This document shows, one piece after another, positions 47,641 through 56,600 of a stretch of 64,000 nt of DNA; the first letter of the stretch is position 1; each line of letters begins with the position of its first letter. The position numbers were made by a program, and so were the translations under genes. The notes beneath the pieces are model-generated. The model saw only the letters and a list, made by a program, of their open reading frames with translations, did not search any database and had not been told where the DNA came from. The DNA is from Candidatus Latescibacterota bacterium (lineage in GTDB: Bacteria; Latescibacterota; UBA2968; UBA8231). The DNA is taken from contig CBDCXV010000011.1 in assembly GCA_965223905.1 (NCBI GenBank), positions 192,001 to 256,000 of the forward strand, given 5' to 3'.

Positions 47641-49309
47641 GGGGCAACCCTTTCAGAGAGGTCTCGTAGGGGATATCGAGAAGATCGAGACACTCCTCGG
47701 CTGCGCGCATCCCGTGGAAGGCCGCCTCCTCAAACAGGGGAAGTCCGGACACGTCGCAGGTGGCGAAGCAGATGGCGCCGCAACGGAGCTTCCTGAGTTG
47801 AAGGTCTCTGCCCCACATGACGTTTGCTTCCGGCCTCACCATCGCGTGCCCCCACAGGTAGAGATCGAGGCGCTCGACGAGGTCCTCGAGTTCGGGGTGA
47901 GCAGGGGTCAGGTCGGACATCACAGCGTCTGCCCAGAACCTGTGGCCCCGGTGCAGCAGGGAGCGGCGGTCCTTTTCGGGATCGCGGGCGAACGGCCGGT
48001 AGTAGACCAGGGTCCTTCCACGTTGCGACACCGGTCCCTGATGGCCGGCGTCGAGGTAGCCGACGGAGGGCCCATCGAAAAGGACGTTGTCCCATGCCAT
48101 CCGTCCGGGTGACAGGTCGTCGGCACCAACCTTGTTAAGGTGCAGGGCAGCGACCAGCCAGGGAGAGTAACGCAACCGGGACATCGCACGGCGCTGCTCC
48201 GCAGGCATTTCCGGGACGACAAAAGGAGCCGTGTGCAGCTTGCCGGCATAGACGACGGAGCGGGAACGCACCCGGTAACTCCGGCCGGATACTACGTCGA
48301 CGCAGGCAAGCTCAGCCCCTTCGGAAGCGGGTCCGATCGCCACTACCGCGGTTTGGGTGCGTAGCTCTTCGGGCAGCAACCGCGTCGCCACCGCCTCCGT
48401 CAGGTAAGCGTTTCCCTGTTCCCAGGTCAGGGTGTCGCTGGGGTATTGGTCGGAGATCCGCGGGTCGTAGAGCCGGCAGGCGAAATAGTGGATCCCGGCC
48501 CAGGCCGAGACATCGCTGCTGAGACAGCCGTAATCATCCCGGCAACAGAAGTCCACCAGCCAGCGCAGCGGCGCGGCCGTCCACTTCCGGCTTTCCATGT
48601 AGTCGGCCATCGATATCCGGTCCAGATCACGGACCCCCGAATCCGCGGTGCTGTAGGCGGCCGGCATGGCGAAACCGCGGCGGCCGTCGCGGCCTGTCAT
48701 AATCGTCCAGCGCAACATCTCGTCCTCGAACTCGCGCCCCTGTTCCACCGCTTCGGAGCCGGCGTTGCGGAGCGGGTCGAGCCCTTCTTCCCAATCCCCT
48801 TCGAGGAAGAGCCGCTCGCGCGGGAATTTGACGAGGTGCTCCGGATTAACCCGCGGCCTTCCGGCGGCGTCGTACCCGGCAATGACCCCGATGTCGGCGA
48901 GCAGCTCGTGGATGCAGTCGGCTTCCGCAGGAGGGATGTTGATGTAGTGTGCTCCCCACGGAAAAACGCGGCCGTCGGTCGACCCGGACATCGAGGTTCC
49001 ACCGGTCCGGGGTTCGAGCTCGAACAGACATAGCCGGTCAACTCCCGCGGCCTTGAGCTTCCAGGCCGCGGCCAGTCCGGAGACACCGCCACCCACGATG
49101 GCGACATCGAGAACCGGCCCCGCGGCAGCGGGGAAATCCTCGGGTGCGTGGCGTGAGCGCAGCAGATGCCCGCGTTGCGCGGAGTGAGCGTTGGCGATCT
49201 CTCCGGGGATCCCGAAAGTGCGGTTTGGCCTGTCTCCGGCGCTTCCGCAGCCGAGGGCAATACCACCCGCCAAGGCCCGCAGGAAGGCTCTCCGCGTCAG
49301 AGGTCTCAT
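47633..49309 (-). CDS. FAD-dependent amine-oxidase-family protein with Tat signal
   Basis: TRRAFL; IVGGGVSGL.AA; PWGAHY; CRDDYG; SAWAGIHYF; WGHAM. Confidence 0.88.
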   Translation of the reverse strand: MRPLTRRAFLRALAGGIALGCGSAGDRPNRTFGIPGEIANAHSAQRGHLLRSRHAPEDFPAAAGPVLDVAIVGGGVSGLAAAWKLKAAGVDRLCLFELEPRTGGTSMSGSTDGRVFPWGAHYINIPPAEADCIHELLADIGVIAGYDAAGRPRVNPEHLVKFPRERLFLEGDWEEGLDPLRNAGSEAVEQGREFEDEMLRWTIMTGRDGRRGFAMPAAYSTADSGVRDLDRISMADYMESRKWTAAPLRWLVDFCCRDDYGCLSSDVSAWAGIHYFACRLYDPRISDQYPSDTLTWEQGNAYLTEAVATRLLPEELRTQTAVVAIGPASEGAELACVDVVSGRSYRVRSRSVVYAGKLHTAPFVVPEMPAEQRRAMSRLRYSPWLVAALHLNKVGADDLSPGRMAWDNVLFDGPSVGYLDAGHQGPVSQRGRTLVYYRPFARDPEKDRRSLLHRGHRFWADAVMSDLTPAHPELEDLVERLDLYLWGHAMVRPEANVMWGRDLQLRKLRCGAICFATCDVSGLPLFEEAAFHGMRAAEECLDLLDIPYETSLKGLPRA

Positions 49310-49431
49310 TTGAGATGGCGGAAACGACCGCTGGGCGGGAGGTCATCCCAATGCAAGGACGCCCGGCAGTGGAGAGAAACCCGCGATGTGAGAAGGGTGG
49401 GAGTAGGTCCTTCCGGTCCTTCCGGTCGGGG

Positions 49432-50139
49432 CTACGACATCCCCATCTTCGACTTGAGCTGGGCCAACGAGTCGTTGGCCTTGGAGGAGGACTCCCCGGC
49501 TAGAGCTTTGTCGATCTCGTCGTCGACTGAGCGCGAGGAATCGGCCATCTCTCCGTACGCTTCGGCCAGCGACTCCTGCTCGTCCACTTTTTCCTTCATG
49601 CGCTCGAGCAGGGCAACCGTGCCGCGGGAATCGACGTTTGCGAGTCTCTGGTTGATCTTCCGGGTCGCGTCCGCGGTCTTGGCCCGCGCTTTGAGCATGG
49701 TCAGGTCGTTTTCGTACGAGGCGAGCTTCGACTTCAGCTCGTTCACGTTGGCCTGGATCTTGTCGACCATTGCGTGCTGGGCCTGGGCCTGCCGGGTCGA
49801 CTCGAGGGCGCGGGTGGTTCCCTCCTCCTTGCGGGTGAGAGCCTCCGTGGCGAGACGCTCGGCATCGCCCATTTCCATGTCACCGGACTGCGCCTTCTGC
49901 AGCAGCAGCATCGCTTTGCGCTCGTAGTCGCCAGCGAGCCGTTTGGCGTCTTCGGCATCTTTGTCCATGCGAATGGCCAGAGCCTTGACTTCGGCCAGAC
50001 TCTTTAGGCTGTCGGCGAGATCCTTCTTGAGGTCCCTGATCGCCTGTTCGCTGATCTTGATCGGATCTTCGAGCTTGTCGACAAGGGCGTGCGCTTCGGC
50101 CTGTCCGGTTTTGAACAGACGTTGAAAAATACCCCCCAT
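49432..50139 (-). CDS. PspA/IM30 (ESCRT-III-like) protein
   Basis: IFQRLF......A.ALVDKLEDP....QAIRDL, long coiled coil, LERMKEKV...E..AEA, LAQLK.KM. Confidence 0.92.
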   Translation of the reverse strand: MGGIFQRLFKTGQAEAHALVDKLEDPIKISEQAIRDLKKDLADSLKSLAEVKALAIRMDKDAEDAKRLAGDYERKAMLLLQKAQSGDMEMGDAERLATEALTRKEEGTTRALESTRQAQAQHAMVDKIQANVNELKSKLASYENDLTMLKARAKTADATRKINQRLANVDSRGTVALLERMKEKVDEQESLAEAYGEMADSSRSVDDEIDKALAGESSSKANDSLAQLKSKMGMS

Positions 50140-50165
50140 GAGTTACCTGCTCCTTCTCTATTGAT

Positions 50166-50579
50166 CTAGGTTTCGGACCCGGGCTGTTGCGCGAACCTCA
50201 GCAGCTCTTCCCCGTTCTCGGCAAGGCCGAGACTGAGGGCGTTGATGGTGGTTTCGAGCTCGTTGAGATCGAGAGTGTCGAGGGCGAGGGTGTTCCGGTA
50301 CAAGAAGGTATCAGCGACATCGTTGAGGACGAAGGCGCCAAACACGAGCTCGCGGTTCATCTGCAAAATTCGTCGGTAAACCTCCGCCCCCGCTTCGGTA
50401 TCGATTTTCATGATCAACTGTTCGAGCACGAGCACCGACTCTTCGCAGTCGATGACGAGGTTGTGAATACCGCGCTCGTGGTCGTTGATGATGACGATCT
50501 CCTCCTCGGGGATTTCCTCGTCGATCTCGAAACCCAGCTCGAGGACATAATCCTTGACCATTTCAAAGCGCTCCGACAT
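50166..50579 (-). CDS. YbjN/CesT-like chaperone
   Basis: Small acidic protein; 'ILQMNRELVFGAFVL....FLYRNTL...LD.NELE..IN'. Confidence 0.8.
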   Translation of the reverse strand: MSERFEMVKDYVLELGFEIDEEIPEEEIVIINDHERGIHNLVIDCEESVLVLEQLIMKIDTEAGAEVYRRILQMNRELVFGAFVLNDVADTFLYRNTLALDTLDLNELETTINALSLGLAENGEELLRFAQQPGSET

Positions 50580-50947
50580 CAATGCTCCTTCTCCCGGTTT
50601 GACAACGCGGTTTCAAGCTCCCTGTAGGCCTTCGTGAGTCGCGCCGTCAGCTCGCCGGCCGTGCGGCGCTTCTCCTCGTCCCGGGCATGTCTGTCTGGGT
50701 GGTATTGCTTCATCATCCGGCGCCATGCGGCGCGCACGGTCTCCAGATCCGACCCGTACGGCAATTCGAGGTTTGCGTAGTACTCGGCCAGAGCCGGGTC
50801 GACATCTGGCCCGGACCCCGTACGCTCCCCCTTGGAATCGGTGTTGTCCCCGTCGAACCCTTCCGCTTCGAACCAGGGTGCCTGCCCGGGTTGGCGATCC
50901 TGAAGCCGCGAGCGGCCGATCTCAAAGAGGCGACGGAAAAGGTTCAT
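50579..50947 (-). CDS. Small J-domain (DnaJ) protein
   Basis: YYANLELP.G...VR.AWR.MMKQYHPD...AY.EL. Confidence 0.9.
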   Translation of the reverse strand: MNLFRRLFEIGRSRLQDRQPGQAPWFEAEGFDGDNTDSKGERTGSGPDVDPALAEYYANLELPYGSDLETVRAAWRRMMKQYHPDRHARDEEKRRTAGELTARLTKAYRELETALSNREKEH

Positions 50948-51011
50948 GGCCCTCGGTGAGCACGGTTCGAATATAGAAGCGCGTGTTCCCCTGGTCCATA
51001 CGGAAACCGCG

Positions 51012-53660
51012 CTAGTACGGCAGGGCCGAGACTGCCTTGCTGATCATCGCCAGGGCCGCGCAGAACATGCCGATCAACGCCATCCCTACCCCGAAGCCGA
51101 CCATCAGGACCATGGCGTAGCGCCGCCACTCCTGTTTGCCGTACCGCTTCCAGAAGTAGAAGCGCGCCATCAGGGCTCCTCCGATCTGCGGCAACAGGTC
51201 GTGGGGAATTCCGTTTACGCTCTGGACGTACCCCCATATCAGGAAAATCGGCAAGCCGAGAAATGCCATGGTGAAGTAGGCGACGAGGCCGAAACCCGCC
51301 GCGAACAGCGAGATCGGCCACTTGCGTCCGTCGAGCGGATGCTGCATGTCGGACTCGTCCGTAACCCCGTCGCCGTCGTCGTCCTCCCCGTTCTTCAGCT
51401 CTTCGTCGACCAGCCCGTCGCCGTCGTTGTCGAGCCGGTCCCCGGTGATGCTGAGATCGCGCCAGTGCGCCTCGAACAGCAGGGGAATGTCGGAGGACCG
51501 TTGCAGGAACTCGCCGTCGAAGGTCGGCAGGCGATCGACCTCGAAGTAGAACTCGACGGAATCCCGGGGAACCGTGCTCAGACGGGCGTCGAAGTTCGGA
51601 TTCGGCGTGTCGATGGTTTCACCGGGCGGCGGCAAAACCAGTTCCGGGGCGGGTGGTTGCCCCTCGAAGGCCCTTTCCTGCGGCGGTGAAAAAGCCCGCA
51701 TGTGCGGCGCTGCGGCAACATCGGGTGGCTGGCGGCCGCTGAAATCGGTGTAGAAATAGCCGGTCTTCGACCACTCGCCGTAGCGGCGCTTGTCGGGGTC
51801 CGGTATCTCGACGTCATGCGAGGCGCGCACCCGCCAGTACCACCAGTAGCCGTCCTGCAGGTTGTGCGGGCTCCACACGATCTGGCCTCGGGAGATGGCC
51901 GTGCCGTCGGCAAGGGACTCCCCTGCTCGCCAGCTTCGGCTGTACATCGTGCTGGAGTAAAAGAGCGCCTGTTGGTACGCCTTGAGGGGCCATATCAGTT
52001 GGGCATAGGGATAACTTTCCGAGGGGATCGGGCCGAGCCGCCACAGGAAGCTCCAGTACATCATGCTGACCACGAGGATGATTGGCAGCATGAAAAGCTC
52101 GGCCTTGAGAAGGCTCGTGAAGCGCATACCGGTCAACTCGACCACCCGGAACCCCTCGGCGTGGCCGCCGTAGTTCCGCGTCGGAAACGGAACGAACCAG
52201 ACGTCTACCCCGCGGTACCCGGTTAGAAAAATGACGGCCTCGTTGACGTATGGTATGGAGACCTCGCGGCCGATCATACCGTCGAGGCGGGCGCTGACGA
52301 ACGACATGATCGGGGCGTACACGAAGGCGATGCAGAAGAAGGTGAGGAGCAGTCCGGTGGTGACCAGCGTCGGGAACAGGGTTTTTGCGAGCACGATCGG
52401 ATAGAAAGCCGCGAGCCCGAACAGCACCAGACAGACCCAGATGTTGAAATCGCCGCGCCCGAGGTGAGTCAGGCAGTACCCGCGTACCTCCGAGGGCCGA
52501 TTACAGCCGTCGTGCCGGCAGGTTCTCGGGTATTCCTTCCGCTGACCTAGGATCCGTTCACGAGCTGCGGCGCGCTCGCGGCGGCCGCTGGCCAGGAGCT
52601 GGTAAAAGCTGATGACGGTGACCGCGGCCGTGATGCCTATGGAGAAGGCCTGCCAGAAATCGATGCTGGTGGCGATCATGGTGTTGATCGTCGTCATCCC
52701 CGGGGCCCAGCTCGGAAGCATTCCTTCCCAGTAGAGAAAGGGGCTGACGACGGTGTGCACGACTACCCCGGAGAAGGAACCGATAACCGCCCAGAAAGGC
52801 ATCAGCAATCCGGCGAATATCGGGCCGAGGTGGAGGGTGATCCCGAGCGGGGTGGCAGGCAGGAGACTTCCGAAAAACGGCGTAAGGTCCCAGAACGGGA
52901 TCGGGATCACCTGGATCCTGGAACCCATCGCCGCGGTCACCTCCGGGATCCCGACGTACACGGAGCCGAAGATCGCGCCGATGACGCCGCCGATGCTGAA
53001 AACCGGCCACTTCCATGTCTCGGCCTCGTCGCCGCTCTCCTCGGCGAGGGCCATGGCGGACAGGGCCGACATCGGCGCCGTCGGAAACGGCAGCTGCTCG
53101 CGGTCCGACATCAACCGGAACAGCAGGTACCCGGACGTGAACCAGGAAATGCGGCCGACGATGGTGCCGATGATGAGCAGGCCGATCGGCCACAGCCAGT
53201 CCGGGTGCAGGAAGGTGCGCTCGGCGAGGGCGACCGAGTCGGGCGGCGGCGCCCACCACGTCGGCAGCAGCTTGGAGATTCCGAACTGTTCCGCCTCCGC
53301 GGAGCGCACGAAATACTGGCGCCACAGCAGGTCGAGAAAAGCCCCTTCCTCGCGCGCCACAAGCGCGCTGCCCACGTACACGAGCAGGAAGATCTCCTGC
53401 CTCTTCAGCGACGTAAACGAGCGCTTGGCGACTTCGAGAAAGAGAATGACGGTTACCCACTGAGCGGCTGACCCAATCGACCCTCCCGTCACCAGGCCGA
53501 GGTACATCTCCCCCGGGGTCATGATCAGGGAGATGAAGAGGACACCGATGATCGTCCGGATCGTAAAGCCGTCCTCGAACTTGTCGGGTGGCTCGAGAAG
53601 CGCCCGGTACTCCTCTACCTCCTGCCACTGGTTCTGCTTGAGCTTGCGCCTGAAGTTCAT
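51012..53660 (-). CDS. OPT-like polytopic transporter with inserted soluble domains
   Basis: Many TMs; 'DREQLPFPTAP' resembles the OPT L.FP motif. Insertions include a Cys/His finger, an FN3-like region and DxDGDG repeats. Confidence 0.7.
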   Translation of the reverse strand: MNFRRKLKQNQWQEVEEYRALLEPPDKFEDGFTIRTIIGVLFISLIMTPGEMYLGLVTGGSIGSAAQWVTVILFLEVAKRSFTSLKRQEIFLLVYVGSALVAREEGAFLDLLWRQYFVRSAEAEQFGISKLLPTWWAPPPDSVALAERTFLHPDWLWPIGLLIIGTIVGRISWFTSGYLLFRLMSDREQLPFPTAPMSALSAMALAEESGDEAETWKWPVFSIGGVIGAIFGSVYVGIPEVTAAMGSRIQVIPIPFWDLTPFFGSLLPATPLGITLHLGPIFAGLLMPFWAVIGSFSGVVVHTVVSPFLYWEGMLPSWAPGMTTINTMIATSIDFWQAFSIGITAAVTVISFYQLLASGRRERAAARERILGQRKEYPRTCRHDGCNRPSEVRGYCLTHLGRGDFNIWVCLVLFGLAAFYPIVLAKTLFPTLVTTGLLLTFFCIAFVYAPIMSFVSARLDGMIGREVSIPYVNEAVIFLTGYRGVDVWFVPFPTRNYGGHAEGFRVVELTGMRFTSLLKAELFMLPIILVVSMMYWSFLWRLGPIPSESYPYAQLIWPLKAYQQALFYSSTMYSRSWRAGESLADGTAISRGQIVWSPHNLQDGYWWYWRVRASHDVEIPDPDKRRYGEWSKTGYFYTDFSGRQPPDVAAAPHMRAFSPPQERAFEGQPPAPELVLPPPGETIDTPNPNFDARLSTVPRDSVEFYFEVDRLPTFDGEFLQRSSDIPLLFEAHWRDLSITGDRLDNDGDGLVDEELKNGEDDDGDGVTDESDMQHPLDGRKWPISLFAAGFGLVAYFTMAFLGLPIFLIWGYVQSVNGIPHDLLPQIGGALMARFYFWKRYGKQEWRRYAMVLMVGFGVGMALIGMFCAALAMISKAVSALPY

Positions 53661-56600
53661 TTCGTAGGTACGGGGGAGCCGAGCATGGCCTTGGCTTTCT
53701 CCCGATGATAATCCCGGGCGTCCGCCTTGAGGGTATGCCAGAGGAGGAACTGCTTGCGCAAGGTGTTCATGAAGCGCTGGTTGACCCGCTGCCAGTAGGT
53801 ATCCTGGCCGCTCAGTCGCTGAATGAATACTTCCACGGAATAGATACCGCTGCCGTCGTTGGCTGGCAGAAAATCGAGCTGCAGGTACTGGCTGACCCCC
53901 ATGTCGAACGGGGCGAGCCAGGTGAGCATCTGCAGAGAGTACTGCCGGACCCCGGGCGCCGGCTCCTCACTGACGAGAGTCACCTTTTCGGCGTAGAAGT
54001 CGCCGATCGACTCTTCCTTGTAGGCGTCGAAAAAGTTCGCCAGGAAACCGGAGATGCCCACAACCTCCCCGGAGCTGACCATGAACGGGAACTCGAACTC
54101 CCAGCGGTCTCCCGTGGGCCGGGGAGGCTTCCATCGTCGCACCAGGTCCGGAACCGCCGCTCGCGACGCGACCCGTGCCGGATAGACCGTAGAGGCGAGC
54201 ACGATCGCCATGACTACCGCCGCAGAGGCCATCGCCGCGTACGAGGAGTAGTTCAAATTGACGCCTGCGGAGAGGTCGAAGGTGACAATCGCCTTTCCGA
54301 GGGTCTGCCCAAGCAGGTAACCCATCGTAACCCCGATGACGGCGTACACACAGGCCTCGGCAATGAACAGCAGGGCGATGTGCATCGGCGCCAGCCCGAC
54401 CGCCGAGTAGATGTCGATCTCGCGAAAACGCTCGTACACCGCCCCCATCATGGCGTTGAGGACGATCAGTCCGGCGATCAACATCGGGATCAGCAGGGCC
54501 TGGAACCCCTCGACCGAGGTCAGCCCCAGGGAGGTGTACGAGGCAACCCTGATGCGGTCCCTTTCCGGGTCGCGCGTCCCCGCGAACAGCGTCATCGGGG
54601 TCTGGGTGATGAACCCTTCGATCATCCCCCGAATGTCGGCCCCGGATTCGAAACGCATGGCCACGGACCTCAGCTCCCCTCCTGCACCGCGCAACGTCTC
54701 GAAGGGCAGAATGACGACGTTGTCCGGATGCAGATGGACAAAGGCCCTGGTCTCTTCCTCCCTTTCCGAGGTGTCCTTGACGTCCTGCGGCCGGGAGCCC
54801 ATCAGTTCGGCCGAGGAGCGGTGAAAATCGACGGGAGTCAGCGGTTCGTCATCGAGGTCGTGCAGGGCGAAAAGGGCATCGGCATCGAACAGTCCCCGCA
54901 CTCGCAGCATGGCCCCGAGGACGCGCACGCTGTCTTCGAGCGTTGGGGCCGCACCGATACCGAGGATCGCCGCCATTTCGACAGGGATCAGGCAGCTCTT
55001 CTCTTCCGGGGAATCGAAATAGTCTCCGGCGACCAAGGCGGCGTGAACCCTCGTTACATCGCGTTCCTGCGGTGAGAGGCCGAGCATCGCGGTGGCCAGT
55101 GAGGAGCGTTCTCCGTGGCTGACCCGGATGTACTTCTTCGCCTCGGAGGGATCGGCGATGTACCAGTTGCGTGGGGAGAGGACGGCGCGTTCGCCGAAGT
55201 AGGACCTCGCCGCCTCAATCTTCCACCTTCCGATCCAGTCCCAGTTGTGATGGCGGATCAGGGCGCCTTCGTATGCCCCCTCGTGCGGGTGAGAAAAGGC
55301 GAAAAACTGGACGTCCGGCTTGAAGGAGGAGAACGACAGGACCGTGAAGGTCAGCAGGGTGATGGTGCCCAAGGTCAGGCTTGTCCGCAGCTTGCGCCTG
55401 CGCATGTTGGAAATCCCGAGCATGAAGGCGGTGTAGGCGGCGCTGAACCGGCTTATGTCGGTCTGGTGCACCCTCGCCTGCTCGGCGCGGTATTCGCGCA
55501 GGTAGCGGTTGAAGCGAGTCACCACCATCAGCAGCACGAAAACCGCCATCGCCATGATGGCGAAAGCGAGCAGGACGACCAGCGGATGGGCGATCGCGAA
55601 GGCGGGATGGACCTGGGAGAGGATCGCCCAGATCACTATCAGGACCGCGACCAAGCCAGTCAGTTGCTTGCGGATATCCGGCGAGGCCAGAAGCAGACGC
55701 TCGGCGAAGAAGGCTGCCGGAATCACCAGTGCGAGGAAAAAAACCATCCCAAGGATCACGTCGTTCAGGGTACCGATCACCGCTGGATAGGCCCGGAAGA
55801 TCATCCCGCCCGCTTCGCGTATGTGGCTTGTGTAGTCGTCCCAGCGGTGCTCGGAAAGGGCAGCCTCAGCCCGATGCAGCAAGCGGCGCCCGTTCTCCTG
55901 AAAACGGGAAACGCTGTGGTTCTCGATGGCGTGCTTGCGCATGGTGTGGAGGCGCGCATCGTTGAGGCGCATCATGTCGCGAACGACGTAGAAGTCCGTC
56001 GGAGTCAGAGTGTCGCGTCTGAAGTGGTAGCCGATTCCCCGCGCCTCGCTCTCGTCGTTTCCGCCCGGGCTGTTCAGTAAATAGCGGGCACCCCCTAACG
56101 TTCCGGCCATGACTTTCAGGCCGTCGGTCTTCTCCGGAAGGTCGCGGTCCGCGTAGACCAAGGCTGCGAAGCTGCTGCGCGAGTACCCGAACTGCCGCGG
56201 TGCGCGGCCGCTGCGGTCGAGGATTTTGAAGCTGTCGGAGCTACCGCCAAGGCCGAAAAGCTCCCCGGGGACACAGGGAAACAGGACGAGGGTCTTCTCG
56301 TCCGCAGTCCACCGGGTTACCCACGATATCTTTCCGCTGAATCCCGGTTCTCCCGCAAACCTCTGCGCCCTTTTACTCAGGTCCGGGGCAAACTGGACCT
56401 CACCCGTCTCCGGATCCAGAACGAAGGCGGAAATACCGGTGGTTTTTCCGACCACGAGGCCTTTCAACGTCACGTCGCCGTCCTGGTTCGTCAGATAATA
56501 GCGTTCCTGTTGGACTCCCTTGTCGACCAGGTCGAACCCTTCGCTGACCACGGCCTGCGGCACCGGGCGGTTGGGAATCTGCGCCCGCCTTGGAAAGGAC

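Noticed and set aside
49406-49427. GGTCCTTCC tandem repeat after pspA
   Set aside because: Only about 2.4 copies with no spacers; not CRISPR-like.
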